From: a virus
Taxonomy: Duplodnaviria; Caudoviricetes
Reading direction: 5' to 3' (one strand)
Length of the DNA stretch: 51,020 nt
IMG/VR virus record: IMGVR_UViG_3300005286_000507
Span: 1-51,020 of that record
The translations under genes were made by a program, and so were the position numbers. Of this stretch, positions 29,449 through 39,100 are shown one piece after another (within the stretch, counting starts at the first letter, position 1; each line of letters begins with the position of its first letter). A model generated the notes under the pieces. The model made no database searches. It saw nothing but the letters and a program-made list of their open reading frames with translations, and was not told the DNA's origin.

Positions 29449-29828
29449 TGCAGGAAGTCATTTTTACAGAGGATCAAATACGCGAAAAGTGCGCAGAATG
29501 GCAGAGAATTCTCCGGTTGCAGGATTGGATTGTATCGGTTTCCATCGTCCGCGAACGAGACATGGGAATGGAAAACACGATGGGAACGATAAATCCGACT
29601 CTGGAGAAGCGGATGGCAAAGATACGTATTCTTGATCCTGTTGATTATCCTCCTGGTCTCATGGAGCCGCAGGACATGGAATTGACGCTTGTCCATGAAC
29701 TGCTCCACCTGCATTTGTGGTTCTTCACAGAAAGCCTTGAGGGGCCTTTGCATGTCGCAGAGGAACAGGCGATAGAAGCGATTAGTCGTGGTTTGGTTGC
29801 ATTAGCTAGAAAGGAGGCTTACCGATGA
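29448..29828 (+). CDS. HExxH zincin-like protein
   Basis: WQRILRLQDW..LVHELLHLH..EEQAIE. Confidence 0.65.
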   Translation: MQEVIFTEDQIREKCAEWQRILRLQDWIVSVSIVRERDMGMENTMGTINPTLEKRMAKIRILDPVDYPPGLMEPQDMELTLVHELLHLHLWFFTESLEGPLHVAEEQAIEAISRGLVALARKEAYR

Positions 29829-30028
29829 AACGTAAAATATTTCGTGTGTTGCAGTTAGTGACGGGAATACATCGAATCCATCACCTTTATTGGTCATATG
29901 GATGGAAGATCCCGCTTTTCAAGGTCGGATTTTTCCCCGGAAAAAGATCTGATCGATCTCATGGCTTTAAGCTTATCAAAGGCCATGCAATCGATTATCA
30001 CAATTGCACAATAACAGGGGTTTACTAA
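29825..30028 (+). CDS. Small hypothetical protein
   Basis: AGGAGG RBS, ATGA coupling. Confidence 0.5.
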   Translation: MKRKIFRVLQLVTGIHRIHHLYWSYGWKIPLFKVGFFPGKRSDRSHGFKLIKGHAIDYHNCTITGVY

Positions 30029-30053
30029 GTCGCCAACAGCGGCTTTTTTATTT
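30027..30053 (+). terminator. Intrinsic terminator-like hairpin
   Basis: AAGTCGC-CAACA-GCGGCTT followed by T-tract. Confidence 0.6.
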
Positions 30054-30124
30054 CGTCCAAACCGTGGCATGACGCTAAACTGCGCTCGAGGATAGTCCAC
30101 CCGGACGTTAAACAGGAGGTCATT

Positions 30125-30823
30125 ATGTTCGAAAATAAAAAGCGCTTTTCCTTGAAAATGGACTTACAGACGTTTGCCGACGATCCCAATCCAAATCAGG
30201 ATCCGAATCCAACGCCTGATCCCAACAAGGACAAGACATTCACTCAGGCAGAACTCGATGCTGCAGTTACTTCCCGACTTTCCAGGGCTGAGAAAGCGGC
30301 GAAGACGGCTCTTGCCAAGGAACTTGGATATGACTCAGTAGAGGCGATGCAAGCGGCCTTAAAGAAGCCGGAAGAAAAAAAGAAGGACGAAGATAAAAAG
30401 ACCGATCCTGTCGATGTTGACAAGATTGTGGAGGCAAAGTTGAAGGAACAGAATGACAAAACCTTCAAGCGCCTGCTTGCATCTGAGGTAAAGGTTGTGG
30501 CGAACGAACTCGGGTTCGTCGATTGGGAAGAAGCGATGGCGTTTGCTGACCTGACAGGTGCAAAAGAAGACGAGAAAGGCAATATCGTCGCCAAAGTGGA
30601 TGACGAGGGCAAGGTCACTACCGTCAAAGAGGTTCTCGAAGAACTGCTGAAAAAGAAACCTCACTTGGGAAAGCAAAAGACCGGAAACGGTGCTTTCGGC
30701 GCTCAGATTGGCGGTGGTTCGGGCGGTGGTGACGACAAAGCGCGGCGAGAGGCCTTGATCAAAGAGGCACAGGGACGCGGCGTGATCCCGCAAAATCAAA
30801 CGGTTCATAATCCATGGTCCTGA
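30125..30823 (+). CDS. Capsid scaffolding protein
   Basis: LQTFA motif, KTFTQAELD, KKPHL. Confidence 0.88.
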   Translation: MFENKKRFSLKMDLQTFADDPNPNQDPNPTPDPNKDKTFTQAELDAAVTSRLSRAEKAAKTALAKELGYDSVEAMQAALKKPEEKKKDEDKKTDPVDVDKIVEAKLKEQNDKTFKRLLASEVKVVANELGFVDWEEAMAFADLTGAKEDEKGNIVAKVDDEGKVTTVKEVLEELLKKKPHLGKQKTGNGAFGAQIGGGSGGGDDKARREALIKEAQGRGVIPQNQTVHNPWS

Positions 30824-30839
30824 CAAGGAGTGAAAAGAA

Positions 30840-31403
30840 ATGAGACTGCAACCTAAAGACCGGTTCTTGGTCGAAGCAGAACCGGAGATCCTCGCCTCGT
30901 TCGAGGTCATCCGGGAAGTGAACAACGGCATTACGATTGATTCCGCGAAAGTCCCGGCAGACGCCGACGGCAATCGAATCATCCGCAAGGGTATGCCGAT
31001 GGCGAAAATCACAGCATCCGGAAAGTTTCGGCCTTATACCGGCACAACTGTACAGACAACGGCCGCGTCGGCTGCAACGGCTGTCATTTTGTCGGATGCA
31101 AGTCGGTTTATTGTTGGTGACGAGGTGAAGATCGGAAATGAAACAAAGACGATTAGCGCGATCAACTATGAAACGAATACGATCACGGTTACGGCGCTTG
31201 CTGGAGAACAGGTTGCTGGCACTGTTGTAGCAGGCACAGACGGAGGAGCAGACCCTACGGTCATTCTCAAGCGTGGAATCAACGTCAAAGACGGCGACCA
31301 CGTTGTCGGTGGTTATGAGGTCGTTAAGGTAATTTCCGAAAGAATTCCGGTTACGGTGGATGCGACGCTGCGGGGGAAAATGCCGCACGTTGTCTTCGCC
31401 TAA
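30840..31403 (+). CDS. Head decoration protein
   Basis: Between scaffold and capsid; GNRIIRKGMPMAKITASGKF. Confidence 0.7.
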   Translation: MRLQPKDRFLVEAEPEILASFEVIREVNNGITIDSAKVPADADGNRIIRKGMPMAKITASGKFRPYTGTTVQTTAASAATAVILSDASRFIVGDEVKIGNETKTISAINYETNTITVTALAGEQVAGTVVAGTDGGADPTVILKRGINVKDGDHVVGGYEVVKVISERIPVTVDATLRGKMPHVVFA

Positions 31404-31424
31404 TCGAAGGAAGGGCTGATAACT

Positions 31425-32558
31425 TTGAAGAGAAAATCGTATATGAAAATGGATCTCCAAACGTTTGCTGATGAGCCGATCAACCTGACGCTTGAACAGG
31501 CGTTGACCGGTTCGGACTTGCTTGTGTACTCTCGCAACCTGGCGATCGATCAGGAATATCTTCATCCGCTGCTGTTTCCGCCCAAGGAGACAGCAGAACT
31601 GACGGTTGATGTCCTGCGCGAGGAATCCGGCAACATTCCGGTCATGGCGAAAATTGCCGAACTCGGTACGGAGGTCGAGTATGCGTCCCGTGAAGGACTG
31701 TCCGGAACGAGGGTTGAAATTCCGAAGATCCAACTCGGCCGGTATATGGACGAGCGTCTTGTGCGGTTAGCTTTGCAAGCATCCGGAAACTTCGGTCTGC
31801 GGCCGCAGGAAGTTAACCAATTGCGCAACAAGCAACTCGACGATGCCGGGTTTGTAGTGGATGCTATCCGCGCCCGTCGCGAGTGGATCGGCATGAAACT
31901 GGCTGCTACAGGAGCTGTGTCCTATGTCGAAGGAGACGTACGGATTAGCGTTGATTATGGATTCACAAACGATCAAAAGCCGGTCCTGACGGGCACAGAC
32001 AGATGGAGCGACACGGAGAACTCGACGCCTCTGACCGACATCCAAACGTGGGTCGATAACCGCAGGGCGCTCGGCATCGTCGTTTCTCGTGCGCTGACAT
32101 CGAGCAAGGTTCTTTCCTTGCTTCTGCAAAACAAATCGATCCGGCTTCAATACTTTGGCAATCCGAGTGGTTCGGCCAATCCGCCGCAACTCAACCGCAC
32201 TCAGCTTAACTCGGTTCTAACCGATCTTGGTCTTCCGCGTATCGCCGTGAACGACAAGATGCTGCGTAACGAGAATCGTGCGCTTATGGGCGGGAAAGTG
32301 GCCTATACGACGACGCGTACGTTCGAGGATAGCCGCTTCATCCTTATGCCGGAAGGCCCTCTTGGTAACTACCTGTGGGCTGAGACGACCGAGGAAATGC
32401 TGGCTGCCGACATCCCCGCAGAGCGGACGGGCGACATGGGCTTGTACGTCTTCCGTGACGTGACGAAGAATCCGATCCGTGTCCGCACGGCCGGCGTCGC
32501 CCTGAACTTCCCGGCGCTTGCTTTTGCTGACTCTATCGTATCGGCAACTGTTCTTTAA
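31425..32558 (+). CDS. Major capsid protein (gpE-like)
   Basis: LFP, RARREW, VDYG, WSD..PLTDI, P..V motifs; 377 aa. Confidence 0.9.
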   Translation: MKRKSYMKMDLQTFADEPINLTLEQALTGSDLLVYSRNLAIDQEYLHPLLFPPKETAELTVDVLREESGNIPVMAKIAELGTEVEYASREGLSGTRVEIPKIQLGRYMDERLVRLALQASGNFGLRPQEVNQLRNKQLDDAGFVVDAIRARREWIGMKLAATGAVSYVEGDVRISVDYGFTNDQKPVLTGTDRWSDTENSTPLTDIQTWVDNRRALGIVVSRALTSSKVLSLLLQNKSIRLQYFGNPSGSANPPQLNRTQLNSVLTDLGLPRIAVNDKMLRNENRALMGGKVAYTTTRTFEDSRFILMPEGPLGNYLWAETTEEMLAADIPAERTGDMGLYVFRDVTKNPIRVRTAGVALNFPALAFADSIVSATVL

Positions 32559-32560
32559 TG

Positions 32561-32581
32561 GAGCGCCTTCGGGCGCTCTTT
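32561..32581 (+). terminator. Hairpin/terminator after the capsid gene
   Basis: GAGCGCC-TTCG-GGCGCTC-TTT. Confidence 0.6.
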
Positions 32582-32606
32582 ACCATTTAGGAGAGGGTGA
32601 ATCAAA

Positions 32607-32930
32607 GTGAGGATCAAAGTGACTGGCGTTGTAAAATACGGCGGACAATGGCGAACTCCTGGCGACGTACTGAATGATGTGTCCGATGAGATCGGACAGC
32701 AAATGATCTCTCAAGACGTCGGAGAGGAAATCAAGAAGACGCCCGAGGAGATTGCGGCAGAGGAATCCGCAAAAGCTGCAGCAGAAGCTGCGAAGACGGC
32801 AGAAAAGGAACTCAAGGCGCTCCGTAAGAAAGCCGAGAAACTCGGAATCGAGGGATTTGCCGAGAAAGATGCCGAAACCCTTACTGCGGATATTGCAGCA
32901 GCCGAGGAAGCTAACAAAGGTGACAAGTAG
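32607..32930 (+). CDS. Small head-associated protein
   Basis: Position; Ala/Glu/Lys-rich C-terminus. Confidence 0.65.
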   Translation: MRIKVTGVVKYGGQWRTPGDVLNDVSDEIGQQMISQDVGEEIKKTPEEIAAEESAKAAAEAAKTAEKELKALRKKAEKLGIEGFAEKDAETLTADIAAAEEANKGDK

Positions 32931-32940
32931 GTGATGTCTC

Positions 32941-33327
32941 GTGAATCCAGAAGACGTAGCGACCTGGATAGCGGATAATCTGCTGGACTCGGACGCATGG
33001 GACCGTGCTACGCCAAAGAAGCAGGAGTTAGCCGTCGTACAGGCTGAACGCAATCTAACTCGTTGGTATCCCGACCAAGCGTTTGACGTTTCTGTCGTCG
33101 CCTATCAGGCTGTTTGGGAGCTTCAGGGCATCGACCCGGCGCTTAAATACCAAAAGCACAACGTCAAGACAGTGCAGGATAACGGCGAGACCGTCACGTA
33201 CAAAGACGGAGAGCGCCCTGTCGTCTCTCCTGACGTGCACGAATTGCTTGGACCTACCGCGGATGAACTGGCCGAGCGGGAAGCCGCGGAAGAGGCACAG
33301 AGGCAGTACGGCGGTGCGCTGATATGA
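32941..33327 (+). CDS. Head-tail adaptor
   Basis: Position and size. Confidence 0.65.
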   Translation: MNPEDVATWIADNLLDSDAWDRATPKKQELAVVQAERNLTRWYPDQAFDVSVVAYQAVWELQGIDPALKYQKHNVKTVQDNGETVTYKDGERPVVSPDVHELLGPTADELAEREAAEEAQRQYGGALI

Positions 33328-33641
33328 GCATCTTCGGGTATCCTGCCTCGGTTGTACATTTTCACTCCGGGAAAGATGAGTGGGGATTCCCCTACCCGGC
33401 AATCCCAATCGAGAAAAACGCCAAGGTCGTTGAGGAACAAAAACTGATTAAGAATGCTCGCGGCGAGGAAATCCAAGTCGCATACGAAATTCACCTGGAA
33501 GGCGTTAACGCGATATCTTTTGACGACAGGATCGAATATGTGAATGCCTTGTGTGAAAAAGTGACGGTGCTTGTCGCACATTATGAAGTCAGAAAATTCC
33601 TCGGAACTGATGATGTAAAGAAGGTAGTCGTCTATGGATAA
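33324..33641 (+). CDS. Head closure/stopper protein
   Basis: GKDEWG..KLIKNARGEEI. Confidence 0.65.
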   Translation: MSIFGYPASVVHFHSGKDEWGFPYPAIPIEKNAKVVEEQKLIKNARGEEIQVAYEIHLEGVNAISFDDRIEYVNALCEKVTVLVAHYEVRKFLGTDDVKKVVVYG

Positions 33642-34080
33642 TCGGGAGATATTCCGTTTTGATCTCGAGGGCATTGACGCCATGATCGAGAATCTCGAGC
33701 AACTGGACGGGGAAATATTGCGTAGGCTTGAGGAACGTCTGGAGAAACTTGCGCTCAAGGTAGTTTTCGATGGTCGTAAACTTGCTCCATTAGACGAGGG
33801 AGACCTGGAAGCCGGATTAATCGTCGGTGATGTTGAAAGAGATAACGGGACTGTCCATGTCGATATCGGAGTATCGCCCGAAATTGATTACGCCGTTGTC
33901 CAGCATGAGGGATTCCGGAAAACTAAGAGCGGCGATATCGTGGAACTGACACCCGGAGAAAAGACGCTTTCAAAGGGTCCACACGGCGGATATATGCCAG
34001 GGAAAAAATTCCTGGAGAATGCGCTGAAAATGAATGAACAACTCATGATGCGAGAGTTGTCCGAAATCCTGCGGGGGTGA
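33634..34080 (+). CDS. HK97 gp10-like neck protein
   Basis: APLDEGDL, YAVVQHEG, PGKKFLENA. Confidence 0.8.
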   Translation: MDNREIFRFDLEGIDAMIENLEQLDGEILRRLEERLEKLALKVVFDGRKLAPLDEGDLEAGLIVGDVERDNGTVHVDIGVSPEIDYAVVQHEGFRKTKSGDIVELTPGEKTLSKGPHGGYMPGKKFLENALKMNEQLMMRELSEILRG

Positions 34081-34084
34081 TTGT

Positions 34085-34489
34085 GTGCTGGGAACGGAAC
34101 TGATAGCCTATCTGACGTCTTCTGGTTTCTCGGTGTCTCCTGTGCCTAACTTCATCCCAACAGATACGCCGGACAACAAACTGCCGGCCCTATATGTCAT
34201 GGGATCAGGCGGCTGGTCTCCGCATGAGTATGTTCTGACCGAGCGGCCGACGTTCCAAGTCATCGTCAAGGGTAAGGCGTTCAAGACAAACACAACTAAC
34301 ATTGCGGCGACCGAAGCAGAGGCAAAGAGGCTGATTTCGTTTCTCCATCGCAAATCCAATTTCGTCGTTGGAAACTCGATGGTTTTTTCGTGTCTTGCGA
34401 TGCAGTCTAATCCGATTTATCTCGGACAAGATGAGCAAAGCCGGCCAATGTTTTCAACCAATTTTACGTTTTACTTGAGGGAGGGATAG
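34085..34489 (+). CDS. Tail terminator/minor capsid protein
   Basis: RPTFQVIVKG, PIYLGQDEQSRPMFSTNF. Confidence 0.75.
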   Translation: MLGTELIAYLTSSGFSVSPVPNFIPTDTPDNKLPALYVMGSGGWSPHEYVLTERPTFQVIVKGKAFKTNTTNIAATEAEAKRLISFLHRKSNFVVGNSMVFSCLAMQSNPIYLGQDEQSRPMFSTNFTFYLREG

Positions 34490-34492
34490 GCA

Positions 34493-34825
34493 ATGCCAAG
34501 GGTAGTTATCCCCCGCACCGCGGCGGGATTAAACGGTGTGGAACTCAGTACGATCGCAGCTGATGACACTGACGGTATGCAGTTTGGCAACAATGGAGGA
34601 CAATTGCTGTATGTCGACAATGGAAGCGAATCATCCATCGATGTGACAATCACAATGGTAACTGATCGATTTGGCCGTTCCGGTACAAAAGTCGTCGCCG
34701 TTCCGGCAGGAGAACAGCGTTATGTCGGTCCATTTCCGATTGAGCCGTATAACCATGACGGGGCGGTACACGTTGATGTTTCCGACGAAACCGACGTGTT
34801 GGTTGGCGTGCTGAGCATGCCTTAA
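34493..34825 (+). CDS. Hypothetical structural protein
   Basis: Beta-rich, LYVDNGS..VPAGEQRYVGPF. Confidence 0.65.
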   Translation: MPRVVIPRTAAGLNGVELSTIAADDTDGMQFGNNGGQLLYVDNGSESSIDVTITMVTDRFGRSGTKVVAVPAGEQRYVGPFPIEPYNHDGAVHVDVSDETDVLVGVLSMP

Positions 34826-34840
34826 TTTTGAAAGGAGGTA

Positions 34841-35392
34841 TTGAAAATCATGGGAGTAGCTGAACAGATTTATGCGGGTCCCGGTATTTTTATCTGGGAT
34901 ATTAACCCCGACGGAACAGAGGCTGCTGGAGCTATCACGTTTGACCTGACGCAAGGCGGAATCAACCTCACGACGACGACGACGTATTTTGAGCCTACCG
35001 CTGACCAAACGGGGAGTGCGCCGCTCAAAACGGTAAAGACCGGCATGACGGCCAATGTTGCTTTTGAGTCGGCCGCGATCGATTATAGCAAGGTCGTTAA
35101 ATTCGACACAGATGTTACGGAAGTCGTCGACGGCACCAAGCGGAGATATGATGTGACTGGACTTGCCGGGCAAGTATTGCCAGCGAAGCGTGCGGTTATT
35201 AAACCGCAGGGGATCACGGATCCAAATCGCTTTATTTACATCGCGAAGTGCTCGTTGAAGTTTGACGCTAACTTCGGATTTGTGTTGGACAACAACCTTC
35301 GCATGCCAGTTAATGCGCTCGGTTATCCCGATCTGGACGCCATACCGAAAGGACTCGTGTACAGTTGGGGAGATATTACAGCAACTGCTTAA
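34841..35392 (+). CDS. Major tail tube protein
   Basis: AGPG..LTQGGI..ADQTG; precedes the chaperones. Confidence 0.8.
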   Translation: MKIMGVAEQIYAGPGIFIWDINPDGTEAAGAITFDLTQGGINLTTTTTYFEPTADQTGSAPLKTVKTGMTANVAFESAAIDYSKVVKFDTDVTEVVDGTKRRYDVTGLAGQVLPAKRAVIKPQGITDPNRFIYIAKCSLKFDANFGFVLDNNLRMPVNALGYPDLDAIPKGLVYSWGDITATA

Positions 35393-35402
35393 GCAATCAA
35401 AC

Positions 35403-35432
35403 AGGGAGGGCTACGGCCCTCTCTTTCTATTT
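35403..35432 (+). terminator. Intrinsic terminator
   Basis: AGGGAGGGC-TACG-GCCCTCTCT-TT. Confidence 0.6.
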
Positions 35433-35452
35433 CATCCCACGGAGGGATTCAT

Positions 35453-35857
35453 ATGTTTTCTTTCTTTAAGAACGATCGTGTTCAACTGGGAAACAAACAA
35501 ATCGAGGTTCCAAAACTAACACGGGCAAGACTCAAAAAGCTGACCGATCATATCGGCACGATTGGAGACTTACTTGTAAAGCTTTTCTTGACACCTGAAA
35601 AAGACCGTGCAGCGTTCATCGTGGCTGCTGCTGACGTTTCAATAGACGAGATTTACGAACTGACCTCCATTCTCAGCGACATTCCGCTTGAATACCTGGA
35701 CGAACACGCGGGACTAGCGGAATGTACTGAGTTTTTGAGACAGGTTTGGGAAAAGAACGATATGAACAACGCTCTGGGAAACCTCAGCGGCCTGATTCCG
35801 CCGATGGCGCAGCAGTTCGTGACAAGCATCGTGACGCGAATGCAGGCCAAAGAATAA
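35453..35857 (+). CDS. Tail assembly chaperone (gpG-like)
   Basis: Between the tail tube and tape measure genes. Confidence 0.8.
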   Translation: MFSFFKNDRVQLGNKQIEVPKLTRARLKKLTDHIGTIGDLLVKLFLTPEKDRAAFIVAAADVSIDEIYELTSILSDIPLEYLDEHAGLAECTEFLRQVWEKNDMNNALGNLSGLIPPMAQQFVTSIVTRMQAKE

Positions 35858-36153
35858 CCGCAGAAGAGTTTGTCTTGAGGTGCTGTGCGACGCTCAGAAA
35901 GACGCAATATGAAATCGAGAACGAATATACCTGGGTGGACCTGCCGGACTTGATAAGGCTGGAGGGAGAGCGCAGAGCGCGTGATTATCTAGATGACATT
36001 GAAGTATCTATCTTCCCGCATGTGTCTGATAAGGACGCGCGCGAGACGATCATCGAAAAACATCGATCTCGGATTCCGAAACCGACAGCACAAGCAAAGA
36101 CTGCTGATGAACAATATCAAGCACTCCTACTACGGATGAGGGGAGGAATATAG
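35776..36153 (+). CDS. gpT-like extension made by -1 frameshift
   Basis: G GGA AAC slippery heptamer at 35776-35782; -1 frame open to 36153. Confidence 0.75.
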   Translation, partial: GKPQRPDSADGAAVRDKHRDANAGQRITAEEFVLRCCATLRKTQYEIENEYTWVDLPDLIRLEGERRARDYLDDIEVSIFPHVSDKDARETIIEKHRSRIPKPTAQAKTADEQYQALLLRMRGGI

Positions 36154-36154
36154 T

Positions 36155-39100
36155 GTGGATCTCGGCGAGCTGCGAGCACGGTTGACGGCAGATGCTCGGG
36201 AAATGCGGGCAGAACTTAGAGCGATAAAAGAAGATCTGAGAGGACAGAGCGCGGAAGCGAAAGCTGCATCAGGAAGTTTTGACGGGCTAAATGCGGCACT
36301 CAGTCAGATCGGATTGAATGCAGACCAAATCAAACGTATCCAAGATAACATCAGAAATACGAACCCGGAAGTGCTTCGACGGCAGCTAGAGGCTGTGCGA
36401 GAGCAGTTGCGAAATATGGGTCTGGACGCGGAGCAAATCGCGGAAATCGAAGAACAGCTAAACGATACAGCCGATGCAGCTGATGAGGCGACTCAATCTC
36501 TGCAAGGAATTGAGTCTATCCTGATCGCCATTGGCAGCATTGTGTCTATCCAAAAGATCGCCGACATTATCAAAGCGACGGTTGGAGAGACAAATAAACT
36601 GCAAAACTCGCTCAAAGGACTCAATAGTATCGCGATGTCGTTTCATCAAAACATCGACGATACAAACGATGCCGTTCAGGGGTTGGCCAAAGATGGACTG
36701 GCGCCGGTTTCTACTTATGCTGCTGGATTGAAGTCTCTACTCTCCACGGGACTCGGATTGGATCAGGCGAATGAGTTGCTTGAAACTTTCAAAGACCGAG
36801 CGGCATTTGGCAAAAGCGAAACAATATCCTTTTCACAAGCAGTTGAAAACCTAGCCCAGTCCTTCAAAACGGAATCTTCTGAAATTGGCGATCTTTCCGG
36901 CATGACGGAGAACTATTCGCTGATCCTTGAAAAGGGTGCGCAAGCAATCGGCAAGAAGGTATCTGCATTAACACAAGCAGAGCGGACACAAGCGAAATAT
37001 CTCGGAATCCTCCAACTTTCGCGACCGTATCTTGGCGACGCCGAAAAGCTTACCGAATCCTTCAGCGGCCGGCAAGCTGCTCTTAATGCTAAATGGGTAG
37101 AGGCACAGCAAATCATTGGGGAAGCTTATATACCTGTGCTTGACCAAGCAATGGAGACAATTACCCCTATCCTTGTGGGATTCGAAAAATGGGCGGCCCA
37201 GAATAAAGATGTTGTTGCGGGAATTACAGCCTTTACTCTTGCCATTGGTGCGCTTGTTGCGGGCATTGTCGTAATGATTCCAGTAGTAGGAAAATCCACC
37301 GTGGCAGTCAACTATTTCCGGAAGGCTATCTTAGATGCGAGTACGGCCGCAGCCGCAGCAACGACAAGGATGGCAGCATTCGGTGCGGCGCTGAATGTAT
37401 TGGCCGGCCCGATCGGCTGGATTATAACTGGGATCGGCATATTAGCAGCAGGAGTGTGGGCTTATAAAAGCGCCGCAGACGCTACAACGGAATCGATTTG
37501 GAAGTTTGCTCAGAGTCAAGAGGAACTAAATCGTAAACTTTCGGAATCGCCTCTAACCAGTACTGTGCAAGATGTTAAGAATCTCCAGGCTGACCTGGAG
37601 AAAATCAATGAAGTGCTCGAGCAAAGGAAGGAATTACAAGATGAACTAAACGCTTTATCGCCAGATGACAGTCTTGAAAGGATAGCAAAAAAAATATCTA
37701 GTTACGTAAAGTTCGATAGTGAGCAAGTAAAAATAGATGAGTTGAAGAAAAAAATTAATGAACTTGATGAGCAATTGTCAACGCTAGGTGTTAATACCCC
37801 TGACGATGCACCGAAGGTTCTTGCTGAACTTAACGAGCAACTGAAAGATTCGATTCCGGCCCTCCAAGAGTTGGAACGAGAAGGGTTGAGAAATATAGCA
37901 ACTCAGGTGCAGCACATCGATAAAGTTAGTGATTTGAAAAAACAGTATGAGCAGTTGGATAAGTTGGAAAAACTTACAACTGCTCAAAAATCACAACTGA
38001 ACGAAGTCGTTAAGCAGTTGACTCAAGAATACCCGGGATTGTTATCCGAACTGGATGAAGAAGGGCGCTGGCACATCAAAAATAAGGATCTGCTTGATAC
38101 TCTCATTGCGGCTGAAAAAGAATCAGTTGCCGTCTCTGCTCAGGGAGCCAAGGATAGAATTGAAAATCGGAAGAAGGAAACGGAGGCGAAACTGAAACTT
38201 GCAAAGTTACAGATTGAAGCTTTAATGAAGGCGGAAGGGGTCAATCTGGAGGATACGAAGATCGGTAGCAAACTTCCCGGAAATTTAGCCAAGGGATTGG
38301 ACTTTGTAGGCGATTTAATTTTACAAGGGACCGCAGCGCAACTGCAACAGAACGTCAATAAATATCAACAGACGATTAATGATTTGGATAAAGACCTGGC
38401 ATCAATTACTACAGGTAGATGGGACGATTTTATTTTCAAAATAGATGACGAACCCGTCGATGAAAAGACTAAAAAAACGAAAACAAAAACACTTGAAGAA
38501 ATACAACAGGAAGAGTATCAAGCTGCACTAAAGTATATACAGTACAAAAGAGACCTGAACCAGATGAGTGAGAAACAGGAACTTGCAGCACTCGAAAAAC
38601 TGGAGGCAAGGTACAAGAAGAATGCTGAAATCCGAATGGATGTAGAAGTGCGTATTTACAAGCTCCGGGATCAGATGAATAAGGCCTCTTTTGATGCATC
38701 GTCTGAGTGGATAGAACAAGAAGAACGCCGTATGACATTAGCGGGCAAGACAGAGGACGAAATAACGAAAATGAAGCTTGAAGCCTGGACCCGAGTGCGC
38801 AACCGGTATATGAAAGACTCGGAATTGTACAAACAGGCGGACACTCAGGTTTATCAGGCAAAAGTGGCCTTGATGAAGTCCGCAGCGAAAGCCGAAGAAG
38901 AGGCTGCAAAGGAGCAGGAGCAACGCAACAAAGAGACGACGAAGAAAGCCCTAGATGCAATCGAGAAGGCCAAGAAAGCGGAACTGGCGGCTCTGGACGA
39001 GCGGAAGAAAGCCATCGAGGACTTTTACCGAGACCAGGAACGCATCATTGACGACAAGGAGCGTTTGAAGGAACGAAACGACCTTGTCGCCGAGATGGAA

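Noticed and set aside
30178-30225. GATCC(C/G)AAT-type tandem repeats as a CRISPR or regulatory array
   Set aside because: They encode the low-complexity DPNP linker of the scaffold; no CRISPR array seen in the window
30759-31733. Long antisense ORFs (e.g. 324 aa here; also 8161-8856, 10225-10905, 33123-33758)
   Set aside because: Shadow frames of well-supported plus-strand genes
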